Part shown: positions 37,363-48,068 of the stretch, in pieces
How positions within the stretch are numbered: the first letter of the stretch is position 1
Layout of the letters: every line of letters begins with the position of its first letter
NCBI GenBank assembly: GCA_026129095.1
Contig: JAHCIT010000001.1
Location: 310,245-374,244 of the forward strand
Length of the DNA: 64,000 nt
Direction: 5' to 3'
Origin: Deltaproteobacteria bacterium
GTDB lineage: Bacteria > JAGRBM01 > JAHCIT01
Made by a program: the position numbers and the translations under genes
Notes under the pieces: generated by a model
Databases searched by the model: none
The model's input: only the letters and a program-made list of their open reading frames with translations
What the model was told of the DNA's origin: nothing

Positions 37363-37792
37363 ATCCGGCTTCTCCAGAGCCGCCTTCAAGCGGATCCAGC
37401 CATTCCTCCAGATCAAATGTCATCTGCATATGATGGATTTTCCGTCCCGACTCCGGCATGAACTGATCAATGCGCTCATCAATTACCAAGGCCCTGATCC
37501 CACGGTGCTGACAAATCCGGGCTGCCGCCAGCACGAATTGTCCGGTCATCTCGTCGCTATCCGAATAAAACTTCACGAGGTCGGCCCGGAGCAATTCTCG
37601 ATCGGCGAGCCTTATTTCGCAGAACCCTGCTACCTGACCGTCCCGCTCCGCAACCAGCATGATGGTATCCGGGATATGCAACTCTCTGGCAATCCGGCCT
37701 TGGACTTCGGCCGCAGCCATGGATGGTTTAAGGGAACAGTAAAGCCCTGTCAGTGACGCAATATCACTATCCATCGCATACCGGACCAGCAT
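37361..37792 (-). CDS. GNAT-fold-like protein (degenerate)
   Basis: N-terminal VRYA..SDI..L and MLVAERDGQVAGF; the acetyl-CoA loop is not canonical. Confidence 0.5.
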   Translation of the reverse strand: MLVRYAMDSDIASLTGLYCSLKPSMAAAEVQGRIARELHIPDTIMLVAERDGQVAGFCEIRLADRELLRADLVKFYSDSDEMTGQFVLAAARICQHRGIRALVIDERIDQFMPESGRKIHHMQMTFDLEEWLDPLEGGSGEAG

Positions 37793-37874
37793 GACTGCAT
37801 ATTATCACAAATCGCCAAAACGGCGATCGTGCCCCCAGCCTGACTTTGACATGGTGCACGCTATGCTGCGGGAA

Positions 37875-39539
37875 ATGAAACCCGCTCGCCAATGGAGGAT
37901 TCTCCCTGCCGTTATCCTTTCTGGCCTCTTCATGGCAGGTTGCGATATTGCCGACCAGGACGCACCGCATCGGCTGAAATCCCGGCTTGCCGAAACCGGC
38001 TGGACAGATATCCAGACGGGCACCGCCGGCTGGCAAATCACGATCAGGGGAATTGAACGTCATTCGGAAGGTATCTCCGCCCGGCGGGAAACGGCCTTGG
38101 GTCAGGTGATCATCGCTGCAGGACGGTTCCGGGCACGGATTACCTGGGTAGAACTGTTAACCGGTGGCGGCGCGGATGTGTCCCTGACGGGTCTTGGTGC
38201 CATGTGGGAACCGGATGCATCAGGAATGCTGCGAACGTCCCCTTCCCTCCCGGACTGGCCTGAGCCCACGATACAGGCACTCGCAGGGGCATTTGCGGGC
38301 AAAATTCCCAAGGCCGCCGCCAGAAATATCCGCTCACTGACGATTTCCGGTAAAGCGGGAAAATATAGCGACCCCACCACCATTCAACTGGACTGGGACG
38401 GATCAGGACAAAAAGGTGCCATTTCGCTCCGCAGGGCCGACAGTTCCCTCACATTGCAGCTGAAATCACGGCCGGTTGAAGATGAAAGCATTGAGTGGAA
38501 TGTCATTCCCGATATTGGCAAACCCATCGGCCCAGTGCGGATCGCCCTTGACGGGAAAATCTCGCTTGCCGGGCCAGCCGACCTTTCACTGGTGACCAGC
38601 CTTTTCGTTCCGCAGGCGGTCCTGTCGCTGGATTCTGGTAGCTCAATAATGTTCACACCAGCTGGCTGGTCCTTGAGGCTTGAACACATGGAGGCCGGTC
38701 ACAGGGACGGCATCACAACCCAGCTCTCCGGTAGCTGGGAGAAATCAAAGACGGATCACGAAATAACACTGGAAACTGCCAAATCACGTTCCCGCTTCAA
38801 GTTTGCCAACAGCGATCTGGCTCTTCTGGAGGTAACAGGTGAACTTTCCTCCCTCCAGATACCGGGAGCAGCCACGGGAACTCTTGCACTCGGAGAGCTG
38901 TTTCCCGTTTCCTGGCAGGGGAAGCAGGTGAATCTGGACAGTTTCGTTTTCCGGGGCATTACCGGCAGCACCGGCAAGCACTCTTTCCGGCTCGAAAGTC
39001 CAACTGATCAACTGCCCGGCATCCGTTTCCGGCTGTCACATCCGCCCGGCGGCATGTCAGAGATCCAGTTCGATCTGAATGGCATACCGGCAGCGCCGTT
39101 CGTAAAGCCGCTCGGCTTGCCATCAGCAGTAGCTGCTGCCGTTATTCGTGCGGAAATCCGGGCAAATGATCGCTCGTCCAGCATCCGTATTCATGCTTCA
39201 GGAGTTGGACGCCCTCTTGGCGATCTTGTCCCGTTCCCGGCAGAAATGCGTGATGCACTTGTCGGACCGGAGTTCCGGTCCCTCTGGCAGGCAAGGCTGG
39301 ACAGTGGACTGTTCGGACTCGACTGGCAGGACGGTCGCTGGTCCCGGCGGGTCCATGTTTCTACTGACGCCTACCGTATTGAGGGCGAATACGATCTCGT
39401 CGAGGTCTCCCGCCGGGACCGCCGTGGTGAACCGATCCGTTTTATGCTCTCGGGGCCTCTTCTCAAGCCTAAAATTGACTTTGCCGACGCCGGCATGCGG
39501 GCAAAATTTCTGGGAGTCATCGGCGGCGGGGCAAAATAG
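37875..39539 (+). CDS. Hypothetical beta-rich exported lipoprotein (possibly AsmA-like)
   Basis: Signal peptide with lipobox MAGC, alternating beta-strand pattern and C-terminal IRFMLSGPLLKPKI. Confidence 0.5.
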   Translation: MKPARQWRILPAVILSGLFMAGCDIADQDAPHRLKSRLAETGWTDIQTGTAGWQITIRGIERHSEGISARRETALGQVIIAAGRFRARITWVELLTGGGADVSLTGLGAMWEPDASGMLRTSPSLPDWPEPTIQALAGAFAGKIPKAAARNIRSLTISGKAGKYSDPTTIQLDWDGSGQKGAISLRRADSSLTLQLKSRPVEDESIEWNVIPDIGKPIGPVRIALDGKISLAGPADLSLVTSLFVPQAVLSLDSGSSIMFTPAGWSLRLEHMEAGHRDGITTQLSGSWEKSKTDHEITLETAKSRSRFKFANSDLALLEVTGELSSLQIPGAATGTLALGELFPVSWQGKQVNLDSFVFRGITGSTGKHSFRLESPTDQLPGIRFRLSHPPGGMSEIQFDLNGIPAAPFVKPLGLPSAVAAAVIRAEIRANDRSSSIRIHASGVGRPLGDLVPFPAEMRDALVGPEFRSLWQARLDSGLFGLDWQDGRWSRRVHVSTDAYRIEGEYDLVEVSRRDRRGEPIRFMLSGPLLKPKIDFADAGMRAKFLGVIGGGAK

Positions 39540-39627
39540 CGTTATCGGCATGGTTGACCCTCGCCAGTACCGGCGGGTATCTGCGGAGGGCCTTAGGTCG
39601 GTCCCTGGGAGAAAGGCTGCGCGGCCC

Positions 39628-40716
39628 GTGACTGTCGAAACCGTTCGTCTCCGTAATGGCGTTCTGGAACTGATCGACCAGCGCCGACTGCCCTCAAAAG
39701 AGATCTGGATCAGGTGCCGTACGGCAGAGGATACCGCACGGGCCATCGAGACGATGGCCGTTCGCGGTGCGCCGGCAATCGGAGTCGCGGCCGCTTACGG
39801 GGTTGCTGCCGGGGCTGCAGCGCTGAAGGGACGCACGCCCTCTGCACTTCAGTTTGAACTGGAGCGGCACATCGAACGCCTCGCCCGGACCCGGCCAACA
39901 GCGGTCAACCTGTTCTGGGCCCTGGAGCGGATGCGGACCTGCGCCCGCACCCTGCTCGAAAATGGCGCGGACCGGGACCGGCTGGCCCGTGCCCTGCTGG
40001 ATGAGGCGGTCCGTATTCATGCCGAAGATCTCGCCGCTTCCCGTGCAATGGCCGATTACGGAGCACGGCTCATTCCCAAAGGTTCCAGAATCCTGACCCA
40101 TTGCAATGCCGGCGCCCTGGCAACGAGTGGAGCCTATGGGACGGCCCTCGGTGTCATCAAACGTGCACACGAGCAGGGAAAAAAGATCAGCGTGTGGGTC
40201 GATGAAACCCGGCCATTCCTTCAGGGAGCACGGCTTACCGCCTGGGAGTGCGTGAAGGAAGGCATACCGGCAACGCTGATTACCGACAATATGGCCGGGC
40301 ATTTCATGAAATCCGGGGACGTGGATTGCGTGATTGTCGGAGCCGACCGGATCGCCGCCAACGGCGATACAGCAAACAAGATCGGAACCTATACTCTTTC
40401 GGTACTTGCAAAGGAGCACAGGATTCCTTTCTATGTTGCGGCGCCGCTTTCGACAGTGGATCTCGCCACTCCCGACGGGAGCCAGATACCCATTGAGGAG
40501 CGGAGCCACGAGGAGATTCGCAGCTTCCGGCACATACGGCACGCACCAGAGAAGGTCAGCGCACGGCATCCGGCTTTTGATGTAACGCCAGCCTCCAGCG
40601 TGACGGCAATCATTACCGAGGCTGGAGTAGCCAAACCTCCCTACCGGCGTTCGCTAGGAGCGCTTTTCAAGGGACACCCAGTCATCCGCACAGAACGAAG
40701 GGAAAAACGGAAATGA
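39628..40716 (+). CDS. mtnA: S-methyl-5-thioribose-1-phosphate isomerase
   Basis: IDQRRLP, VRGAPAIG, RPTAVNL, THCNAGALAT, ETRPFLQGARLT and GDTANKIGT. GTG start at 39628. Confidence 0.95.
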   Translation: MTVETVRLRNGVLELIDQRRLPSKEIWIRCRTAEDTARAIETMAVRGAPAIGVAAAYGVAAGAAALKGRTPSALQFELERHIERLARTRPTAVNLFWALERMRTCARTLLENGADRDRLARALLDEAVRIHAEDLAASRAMADYGARLIPKGSRILTHCNAGALATSGAYGTALGVIKRAHEQGKKISVWVDETRPFLQGARLTAWECVKEGIPATLITDNMAGHFMKSGDVDCVIVGADRIAANGDTANKIGTYTLSVLAKEHRIPFYVAAPLSTVDLATPDGSQIPIEERSHEEIRSFRHIRHAPEKVSARHPAFDVTPASSVTAIITEAGVAKPPYRRSLGALFKGHPVIRTERREKRK

Positions 40717-41627
40717 TGCTTCAGGGAAAAGTAGGAATCATTACAGGCTCAGGCCGTGGAATCGGCCGTGAAATTGCGCTGCTCATGGCCAGGCATGGCG
40801 CATCCGTGATTGTGAATGATCTTGGCGCCGCACCCGATGGCAGCACTACTGCCGAGCGGCCTGCCGAGGAAGTCGTCACCGAAATCAGGAAGGCTGGAGG
40901 CAGGGCTGCCCCAAACTTCGGATCCGTTGTCTCATGGGATGATGCCCATTCGATGGTAGCCCAGGCGGTCAAGGAGTTCGGCAAGATCGACTTCGTGGTA
41001 AACAATGCCGGAAACCTGCGCGACGTGATTTTTCACAAGATGACCGAGCAGGACTGGGACGCAGTAATCGCCGTTCATCTAAAGGGCAACTTCAACCTTT
41101 GCCGTGCTGCCGCAGAGCATTTCCGCAAGCAGCAGTCCGGCTCATTCATCAATTTCACTTCGACATCAGGACTTATCGGCAACTTTGGCCAGGCGAACTA
41201 TGCCGCCGCCAAACTCGGCATTATTGGCCTCACCCGTTCGATCGCGCTGGACATGAGCCGTTTCAATGTCCGGGCAAATGCCATCGCCCCGTTCGCATGG
41301 ACGCGCCTGACGGCGACAATTCCCGAAGGCGAGACCGATGCGCAGAAGGCCCGGGTGGAAAACCTCAAGAAGATGAAGGCGGAGCAAATCGCACCACTCG
41401 CCGTTTTCCTCGCTTCGGACCAGGCCAAGGACATCACTGGCCAGGTGTTTGCCGTCCGGGGTGGCGAGATCGTGCTGTTTTCGCTGCCGCGTCCGGTGCG
41501 TCACATTCATCACGCAGACGGCTGGACTGCCGAGGATATCGCTGCCGTGCTGCCGGGAGCACTCAAGACGAATTTCGTTCCGCTCCAGGTATCAGCAGAT
41601 ATCTTCCCTTACGACCCGCTGATATAA
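40713..41627 (+). CDS. SDR, 3-hydroxyacyl-CoA dehydrogenase/MFE-2-like
   Basis: ITGSGRGIG, VNDLG, NNAG, GNFGQANYAAAK. ATGA overlap with mtnA. Confidence 0.85.
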   Translation: MMLQGKVGIITGSGRGIGREIALLMARHGASVIVNDLGAAPDGSTTAERPAEEVVTEIRKAGGRAAPNFGSVVSWDDAHSMVAQAVKEFGKIDFVVNNAGNLRDVIFHKMTEQDWDAVIAVHLKGNFNLCRAAAEHFRKQQSGSFINFTSTSGLIGNFGQANYAAAKLGIIGLTRSIALDMSRFNVRANAIAPFAWTRLTATIPEGETDAQKARVENLKKMKAEQIAPLAVFLASDQAKDITGQVFAVRGGEIVLFSLPRPVRHIHHADGWTAEDIAAVLPGALKTNFVPLQVSADIFPYDPLI

Positions 41628-41632
41628 AGGGA

Positions 41633-43084
41633 CTACCCGAGTTTTTCCTTGAGCAGCCGGTTCACGACCGCGGGGTTGGCTTTGCCCTGCGTTGCCTTCA
41701 TGACGGCGCCGACAAAGAAACCAAAAACGCTCTGCTTTCCGCCCTTGTACTGCTCTACCTGTTTGGCATTGGCGGCAATTACATTGTCGATCACTTTTGC
41801 CAATTCACCCTCGTCCGAGACCTGAACGAGCCCCTTGGACTTGACGATCTCCTCCGGTTCCTTGCCGCTCGTCCACATATCGCCAAAAACATCCTTGGCG
41901 ATCTTTCCGGAAATCGTGCCCTTCTGGATGAGGGTAATCAGTGCGGCAAGCGTCTCGGGCGTTACTTTCGCTTTGGGGAGTTCCGTCTCGACATCCTTCA
42001 CCTCACAGAGGACTTCCGTCTGGATCCAGTTGGCTGCAACCTTGGCGTCGCCGCACAGCTTCGCGGTCTTTTCGAAAAATGACGCCAGCACCTTGTCGGA
42101 CGAAAGGATGCCAGCATCGTAGTCGGACAGGCTGTAATCGGATATGAACCGCTGCCGCTTTGCCTCGGGAAGTTCCGGCAGTCTGGCACTGATATCACTA
42201 ATCTGCGCCTCGCTTACGACGAGCGGCAGGAGGTCTGGCTCCGGGAAGTAGCGGTAGTCATGTGCTTCTTCCTTGGACCGCATGGACCGGGTTTCGCCCG
42301 TATTGGCGTCGAACAGGCGGGTTTCCTGCACAATCGTACCGCCAGTCGAGAGGATCATCTCCTGCCGCCGGATTTCGTACTCAATGGCCCGTTCCAGAAA
42401 CCGGAACGAATTGACGTTCTTCGTCTCGGTCCGGGTGCCCAGTTTTTCGGAACCTTTTGGCCGGAGCGAGACATTGGCGTCGCATCGCAGGGAACCCTCT
42501 TCCATGTTGCCGTCACAAACGCCGAGATACAGAAGCACCTGCCGGAGTTCCTTCAGATACGCGCTTGCCTCGCGGGCTGACCGGATATCAGGTTCGGAAA
42601 CGATTTCCATCAGGGGCGTGCAGGCACGATTCAAATCGATCAGCGATGAACGGATATCGCGTGAAGCTTCATGCAGGGATTTTCCGGCATCTTCTTCCAT
42701 GTGGATGCGGGTAATGCGGACTTCCTTCTCGTAGGCCACACGTCCATCGTCCCCCAGCACACGCGCTTTCAGGTTTCCACCTGAACAGAGCGGCAGGTCG
42801 TACTGGGAAATCTGATACCCCTTGGGAAGATCGGGATAGAAGTAGTTCTTCCGGGAAAAGACCGACTTGCCGTTGATCCTGCAGCCAAGCGCCAGCCCCG
42901 TCCGGATGGCGTATTCGACCGCCTGACGGTTCAACTTGGGAAGAACTCCCGGAAAACCCAGGCAGATGGGACACGTATTGGCATTCGGGTCATCCCCGAA
43001 GGAAGCCGAGCACGAACAGAAGAGCTTGGTCTTCGTGAGCATCTGGGCGTGGACTTCAAGCCCGATGACTGCTTCGTACTCCAT
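41633..43084 (-). CDS. gatB: Asp/Glu-tRNA amidotransferase subunit B
   Basis: [32 protein letters not shown] and [10 protein letters not shown]. Confidence 0.98.
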   Translation of the reverse strand: MEYEAVIGLEVHAQMLTKTKLFCSCSASFGDDPNANTCPICLGFPGVLPKLNRQAVEYAIRTGLALGCRINGKSVFSRKNYFYPDLPKGYQISQYDLPLCSGGNLKARVLGDDGRVAYEKEVRITRIHMEEDAGKSLHEASRDIRSSLIDLNRACTPLMEIVSEPDIRSAREASAYLKELRQVLLYLGVCDGNMEEGSLRCDANVSLRPKGSEKLGTRTETKNVNSFRFLERAIEYEIRRQEMILSTGGTIVQETRLFDANTGETRSMRSKEEAHDYRYFPEPDLLPLVVSEAQISDISARLPELPEAKRQRFISDYSLSDYDAGILSSDKVLASFFEKTAKLCGDAKVAANWIQTEVLCEVKDVETELPKAKVTPETLAALITLIQKGTISGKIAKDVFGDMWTSGKEPEEIVKSKGLVQVSDEGELAKVIDNVIAANAKQVEQYKGGKQSVFGFFVGAVMKATQGKANPAVVNRLLKEKLG

Positions 43085-43120
43085 TGATATCCTGCTCCTT
43101 CAGAAATCCTGTACCTGCCG

Positions 43121-44587
43121 CTACAGCGCGGGCCGCCGCTTATGCCAGTCCGTAGCCCGTTCGTACGCGCCGCCCACCTGCACAAGCGTCTCTTCGGCGA
43201 AGTGTCGCGCCAGAACCTGAAGCCCCACCGGGAGGCTTTTCGACGTGAACCCGCACGGGACGCTGACTCCCGGCAGCCCGGCCAGGTTGCACGAAATGGT
43301 GAAAATATCCGACAGGTACATCTGGATCGGGTCGGCAGCCTTTTCACCAAAGCGGAAAGCAGCCGTCGGCGTTACCGGAGAAACGATGGCATCACAGGTC
43401 TTGAATGCTTCCAGGAAATCCTGCCGGATCAGCCACCTGAGTTGCTGTGCCTTCCGGTAATACGCATCATAGTAGCCGGAGGAAAGGCAGAATGTTCCGA
43501 GCATGATCCGGCGCTTCACCTCGGGACCAAACCCCTCACCACGGCTCCGGACATACAGGTCAAAAATGTCTTTGGGATCCTTTGCCCGGTGGCCAAACCG
43601 GACCCCGTCGTAGCGGGCAAGGTTGGATGATGCCTCGGCAGTCGCCACGATGTAATACGTGGCAACTGCGTATTTCGTGTGAGGCAGAGATACTTCAACG
43701 AGCTTTGCGCCCTGTTTTTCCAGTTCCGCCAGGGCACCGCGAACGGCCGCTTCCACCTCGGCATCCATCCCGTCAATGAAATATTCCTTCGGGACTCCAA
43801 GCCTCAGCCCTTTCACGCCACGATCCGCTGCAGCAGCATAGTTCGGCACCGGCCGGTCCACAGATGTCGAATCGAGGTCATCGAAACCACTCATGAATTC
43901 AAGCAGATGAGCCGCATCGGCCACCGTGCGGGCAAAAGGGCCGAGCTGGTCCAGGCTCGATGCGAACGCAATGACTCCGAAACGGCTTACCCGGCCGTAG
44001 GTAGGCTTGAGGCCAACCACACCGCAAAAGGCGGCCGGCTGGCGAATAGACCCGCCAGTATCTGAGCCGATGCTCACCGGACAGAATCCTGCCGCCACGG
44101 CGGCCGCACTGCCGCCGGATGATCCGCCGGGAACACAGTCCAGATCCCACGGATTCAGGGTCTTCTTAACCGATGAATTCTCAGTGGAAGAACCCATGGC
44201 AAACTCGTCCATGTTGAGCTTGCCAAAACAGACAGCCCCGGCGGCATGGAGCTTGCGGACCACCGTGGCATCATAGGTACCCTTGAATGCCGACAGTATC
44301 CGGCTTGCCGCCGTAGAAGGCGTTCCATCCATGACAATCACGTCTTTTATGCCGACCGGAATACCGGTAAGCGCCGTCACTCCACGGCCTCCATCAAGAA
44401 GTTCCTGTGCATGCCGGGCCTGCGCCATCGCCTGTTCGGCATTCACATGAAGAAATGCCCCGACCTTCGGGTCGAGAGTTTCCACCCGTTTCAGGTGTGC
44501 TTCAAGGACTTCCGATGCAGAGACCTTTTTCTCCCTGAGCAACGCACCCAGTTCGCCGATGGACAAATGGCAGAGATCGGCACCCAC
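43121..44587 (-). CDS. gatA: Asp/Glu-tRNA amidotransferase subunit A
   Basis: Amidase signature GGSSGGS, SDTGGSIRQP, SSNLARYDG and EVKRRIMLG. Confidence 0.98.
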   Translation of the reverse strand: MGADLCHLSIGELGALLREKKVSASEVLEAHLKRVETLDPKVGAFLHVNAEQAMAQARHAQELLDGGRGVTALTGIPVGIKDVIVMDGTPSTAASRILSAFKGTYDATVVRKLHAAGAVCFGKLNMDEFAMGSSTENSSVKKTLNPWDLDCVPGGSSGGSAAAVAAGFCPVSIGSDTGGSIRQPAAFCGVVGLKPTYGRVSRFGVIAFASSLDQLGPFARTVADAAHLLEFMSGFDDLDSTSVDRPVPNYAAAADRGVKGLRLGVPKEYFIDGMDAEVEAAVRGALAELEKQGAKLVEVSLPHTKYAVATYYIVATAEASSNLARYDGVRFGHRAKDPKDIFDLYVRSRGEGFGPEVKRRIMLGTFCLSSGYYDAYYRKAQQLRWLIRQDFLEAFKTCDAIVSPVTPTAAFRFGEKAADPIQMYLSDIFTISCNLAGLPGVSVPCGFTSKSLPVGLQVLARHFAEETLVQVGGAYERATDWHKRRPAL

Positions 44588-44874
44588 TATTCCACCACCT
44601 TCGGCACGCGGAACATGTTGAGCTCGGCGGCCGGTGCATTTTCGAGCCCGCGGGACGCATCGAACTTCCGGACCGGCTCATCGTCACGGAGCGGCGTATC
44701 CATTTCGACCGCGTGCTCCAGCGGCGGCACTTTCGAGGTGTCCACTTCCGAAAGCTGGGCAACGTAATCCAGCATCCTGTTCATGTGGACAAGAAGCGCC
44801 TCGGTCTCGGCATCCGTCACCGACAGCCGGGCAAGCTGGGCAATTTTCCGCACATGTGCAGCGTCGAGTTTCAT
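44587..44874 (-). CDS. gatC: Asp/Glu-tRNA amidotransferase subunit C
   Basis: VRKIAQLARL, LRDD and NAP..FRVPKV. Confidence 0.95.
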   Translation of the reverse strand: MKLDAAHVRKIAQLARLSVTDAETEALLVHMNRMLDYVAQLSEVDTSKVPPLEHAVEMDTPLRDDEPVRKFDASRGLENAPAAELNMFRVPKVVE

Positions 44875-44979
44875 GGCCGCCGTTCTTCAGGGTATTTCCG
44901 GACGGCCTACCGTCCGGGGGAGGCAATCTGCCACACAGGAAAGCCGTCAATCAATGGGGAGAAGACCCCCTGAAAACTG

Positions 44980-47385
44980 CTAGAAGAGCTGTCCTATCGT
45001 GAAATTGAACACAGGGGAGCCGAAGCGGGAGCCATCGGCTGTCAGGTAGCGGGGTTTTACCAGCGGGAATCCCAGCTCAAGGCGGATCGGGCCCACAGGC
45101 GAAAACCACCGGATACCGGCACCCCAGTCAGCAAGCCAGGGCGCTGAAAAAATCATCTGGTGATCGTTGTAGACGTTGCCAGCATCCATGAAGACTACCG
45201 CCTTCAGCCGTGCCGGCTTGTAGAGTGGAAATACCAGCTCGCCAGACAGATATCCTGCCTTGTCCCCGCCAATCCGTACCGGACGGCCATTGTTGCCGAT
45301 GTCGAATGGGCTCACCGAAAACGGATCATAGCCGCGAAGATTGGTAATGCCGCCCCCGTAATAGCGTTCTTCAATCAGCAGGAAGAAACTTTCGCGCCGC
45401 TGGAGAAAGCTCACCTGCCATTTTGCGACACCCACTACCTCCCAGAACAATTTCTTGAAATAGGTTCCGGAAAAGTCGTAGCTGTTGAAGTTCGACACGA
45501 CCGATGGGTCAATATCAAACAGGTTGAATGCTGTCCGGAAAGACGCCGTATGGCGGCTTCCGTCACTGGGATCGATCCGGTCATCGAGGCGATCCAGAAA
45601 CAGGTTGAAATCGAAACCGGTCTTGACCGTATCGCTCCGGATACGGTCACCCAGTGCTACGAGTTGCGGCGAGAAGCCTTTCAGCTTGTTACGGAAGCCG
45701 AACAGGCCAACCGATGCGGAAAACCCGTCAAAAAACGGGCTGATGGATGTAAAATCATAGCTCACAGAGAGCGAACCACCGACACGCAGGCTCTGGAAAT
45801 CGAACAGCTTCCGGTCAGAAGCCTCGCCCGTCACCCCATAGCCCCAGTAACTGTCATAGAATCTCGGATCCCGGTACTGAACCGATATCTGCTTCGCCCG
45901 CTTACCCAATGTACCGCTGAATCCGAGCGACTGCCCGCGTCCGAACAGGTTCTGCTGCTGGATCTGGGAGAAGACAAAAAGACCATCGAAAGACGAATAA
46001 CCGCCCCCGATGTTCAGAGATCCGGTAGACCGCTCGGTCACGGTGAACCGGATATCAACCTCGCCCGGCCGGCCCGGAACCCGTTCCTTGGTAAAGTCGA
46101 TTTCATCAAAAAATCCGAGTTGCCGGATCTTCTGGCGCGACCGTTCCAGCGCACTCGTGCTGAACTTGTCGCCCTCGGCAAGCCGGATTTCCCGTCGAAT
46201 CACGTTATCCCGGGTCCGGCTGTTTCCGCTGATATGGATGCGCCGGACGGTTACTGATGGGCCCTGATCAATACTGATTTCCAGGGCAATTTCGGGTTTT
46301 TCGGTTTCCACGTCCACAGGGCGTGGAATGATTGTCACGTTGGCGAATGCATACGACGCATCGCCATAAACCCGCTCGATCGCAGCCTGGTCTTCCAGCA
46401 GCCGCGACCTGGAAAACACCAGTCCCGGTTTCGACTGCATCCGGGCCAGCAGACTGTCTTCCGGCTCCAGCAGATCGCCGGCGATGCGGATTGACCTCAA
46501 GTGATACTGCTTGCCCTCGGTGACATGAAATGTGACGAAAAGCGCGTCCCGTCCCGATGTCAGCTCAACCACCGGATCGGAGATCTTCGCGTCCACATAG
46601 CCACGGTCCATGTAAAAATTCTTGAGCGCGATACTGTCGCGGAGCAGCATTTCACGCACGAAGTTGCCCCGGTCGGTAAACCAGGAGAAGGCGTGATGCT
46701 CCTTGGCGAGCATTTCTCCTTTTAGCTGGTCATCACTAAAGGCCTGATTGCCGATAAACCTGATCCGGCGGATACGAATCTTGTCCCCTTCATCCAGATG
46801 AAAAACAACCGCAATGGTATTTTGCCCCCGGGCAGGCCGGGTTTCGGCCCGGATACTGGCGAGGAAATAGCCGTCTTGCTCATACCGGCGCCGGATACGC
46901 TCAATGGTGCGATCCACCTGCACCGGCGAGTAGACAGAGTTCAGCTTGAACTGGAGATCTTCCCTGAGTTTTTCGTCATCGATGCCGCTGTTTCCTTCAA
47001 ACCGGATTTCACTCACGGTCGGACGCTCACGGATCACGTAAATGAGCCGGATTCCTCCGTCGGTCCGTTCCCACTCAATCCGGATGTCGTCAAACCAGCC
47101 GAGCTTCCAGAGCGTACGGATATCCTCGGCCAGCAGCTTGTGATCCATCCGCACACCCTGACGAATCCGGGTACGGGTACGTATCAGCTCCGGATCCAGC
47201 CGGACCTGGCCGCGAACCACGATTTCCGTCACAAGTTCACCGGCTGGAGCCTCTCCTGCCAGAACCGCCGCAGGGATGTCCGCCGAAGCGCCCTCAGATG
47301 GCGAGTTGCCGGTTACCTGTGCGGAAGCAATGGCTGGCCCGCACAGAAGACAGAAAAAAATCCACCGTCGGAAAGTCCGGATCAA
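44980..47385 (-). CDS. bamA: Outer membrane protein assembly factor BamA
   Basis: Signal peptide, POTRA repeats (GN..TRDNVIRRE), NLFGRGQ, LRGY loop, WFSPVGPI and terminal Phe. Confidence 0.93.
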   Translation of the reverse strand: MIRTFRRWIFFCLLCGPAIASAQVTGNSPSEGASADIPAAVLAGEAPAGELVTEIVVRGQVRLDPELIRTRTRIRQGVRMDHKLLAEDIRTLWKLGWFDDIRIEWERTDGGIRLIYVIRERPTVSEIRFEGNSGIDDEKLREDLQFKLNSVYSPVQVDRTIERIRRRYEQDGYFLASIRAETRPARGQNTIAVVFHLDEGDKIRIRRIRFIGNQAFSDDQLKGEMLAKEHHAFSWFTDRGNFVREMLLRDSIALKNFYMDRGYVDAKISDPVVELTSGRDALFVTFHVTEGKQYHLRSIRIAGDLLEPEDSLLARMQSKPGLVFSRSRLLEDQAAIERVYGDASYAFANVTIIPRPVDVETEKPEIALEISIDQGPSVTVRRIHISGNSRTRDNVIRREIRLAEGDKFSTSALERSRQKIRQLGFFDEIDFTKERVPGRPGEVDIRFTVTERSTGSLNIGGGYSSFDGLFVFSQIQQQNLFGRGQSLGFSGTLGKRAKQISVQYRDPRFYDSYWGYGVTGEASDRKLFDFQSLRVGGSLSVSYDFTSISPFFDGFSASVGLFGFRNKLKGFSPQLVALGDRIRSDTVKTGFDFNLFLDRLDDRIDPSDGSRHTASFRTAFNLFDIDPSVVSNFNSYDFSGTYFKKLFWEVVGVAKWQVSFLQRRESFFLLIEERYYGGGITNLRGYDPFSVSPFDIGNNGRPVRIGGDKAGYLSGELVFPLYKPARLKAVVFMDAGNVYNDHQMIFSAPWLADWGAGIRWFSPVGPIRLELGFPLVKPRYLTADGSRFGSPVFNFTIGQLF

Positions 47386-48068
47386 GAGCCGGCCTCCGCG
47401 ATGCGCCCATCTACCAGCGTAATCCGGCGGGTCATCAGGGCGGCCAGCGCCATTGAATGTGTCACGACAACGAACGTCGTCCCGTCCTCTTCGTTGAGGC
47501 GAACCAGAAGATCGTGAATTTCCTCGGCGGTATGGGTGTCAAGATTTCCGGTCGGTTCATCCGCGAATACAATCCGTGGCTTGAGCACGGTGGCGCGGGC
47601 GATAGCAACCCGCTGCTGCTCACCGCCCGACAGTTCCCGGGGACGGTGCTCATACCGGCCCGACAGGCCAAGCCGGTCGAGCAGGGCCCTGGCGGCAGGC
47701 TCAACCTGCGAGCGCCCTTTACCCGCAATCAGTCCCGGCATCATCACGTTTTCGAGTGCCGTGAATTCCGGAAGCAGGTGATGGAACTGGAACACGAAAC
47801 CGAAGTTCCTCGCCCGGAATGCCGGCAGGGAATGTTCGGCCAGCCCAGTCACATCAACACCGTTTACACGGAGCAGACCGCCGGAGGCCTTCTCCAGCGT
47901 GCCCAGAACGTGCAGAAGCGTGGTTTTTCCCACTCCGGAGACGCCTACAACACCCAGCCGTTCTCCGGGGCGAATATCGAGATCAATACCCCGGAGCACA
48001 TCGACCCGGCGATTATCCAGGTCGAAATGCTTTTCCAGCCCTTTCGCGGAGATCACCGGATCACTCAT
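47382..48068 (-). CDS. lolD: Lipoprotein-releasing ABC transporter ATPase
   Basis: [33 protein letters not shown] and ADEPTGNLD. Confidence 0.92.
   Translation of the reverse strand: MSDPVISAKGLEKHFDLDNRRVDVLRGIDLDIRPGERLGVVGVSGVGKTTLLHVLGTLEKASGGLLRVNGVDVTGLAEHSLPAFRARNFGFVFQFHHLLPEFTALENVMMPGLIAGKGRSQVEPAARALLDRLGLSGRYEHRPRELSGGEQQRVAIARATVLKPRIVFADEPTGNLDTHTAEEIHDLLVRLNEEDGTTFVVVTHSMALAALMTRRITLVDGRIAEAGS

Noticed and set aside
41099-42082. 327-aa ORF bridging the SDR and gatB
   Set aside because: Out of frame with the SDR and antisense to gatB, with no protein-like features.
45160-46257. 365-aa ORF antisense to bamA
   Set aside because: Codon-bias shadow with no recognisable domain.
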